A program made the translations under genes and the position numbers. DNA of 16,233 bases, taken from positions 1 through 16,233 of the forward strand of contig CAWHCQ010000029.1 in assembly GCA_963827755.1 (NCBI GenBank), given 5' to 3'. Below, in pieces: positions 16,088-16,233 of the stretch. The stretch comes from an uncultured Gammaproteobacteria bacterium (GTDB lineage: Bacteria > Pseudomonadota > Gammaproteobacteria > UBA9214). The first letter of the stretch is position 1. Every line of letters starts with the position of its first letter. The notes below the pieces were generated by a model. That model searched no databases, was not told the DNA's origin, and saw only the letters and a program-made list of their open reading frames with translations.

Positions 16088-16163
16088 GGCCAGGTAGCTC
16101 AGTCGGTAGAGCAGGGGACTGAAAATCCCCGTGTCGGCAGTTCGATTCTGTCCCTGGCCACCA
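16088..16163 (+). tRNA. tRNA-Phe (GAA)
   Basis: 76-nt cloverleaf: acceptor GGCCAGG/CCTGGCC, D-arm AGCTCAGTCGGTAGAGC, anticodon GAA at 16121-16123, TTCGATT T-loop and encoded CCA. Confidence 0.98.
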
Positions 16164-16233
16164 TAAATAGTTTCTTTAAAACAATAGGTTATATGTTTTC
16201 TTGTGCACGGGCCGGGCAGGGGATTAAAATCCT

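Overview
GC-rich window from what appears to be a sulfur-oxidising gammaproteobacterium (taxonomy inferred from gene content); every real gene is on the + strand. In order: a group 3d NAD+-reducing [NiFe]-hydrogenase operon hoxF(5'-truncated)UYH-hoxW with GTAG-type REP palindromes in its spacers; an AT-rich regulatory region driving a secreted sulfur-globule-protein (SgpA/B)-like gene with an unusual C-terminal array of three 53-aa coiled-coil repeats and its own terminator; asmA plus a closely linked secreted SRPBCC/START-fold gene; a ~200-bp MITE-like element built from CACGGAA heptamers; mutY, a BoxC-like repeat and yggX; dTDP-L-rhamnose genes in the order rmlA-C-D-B; citrate synthase gltA; and tRNA-Phe(GAA) with a sigma70 promoter. 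The best candidates for undescribed biology are the Sgp-repeat fusion protein, the AsmA + secreted START pair and the CACGGAA inverted-repeat element. All calls come from motif recognition by eye; no database search was run.
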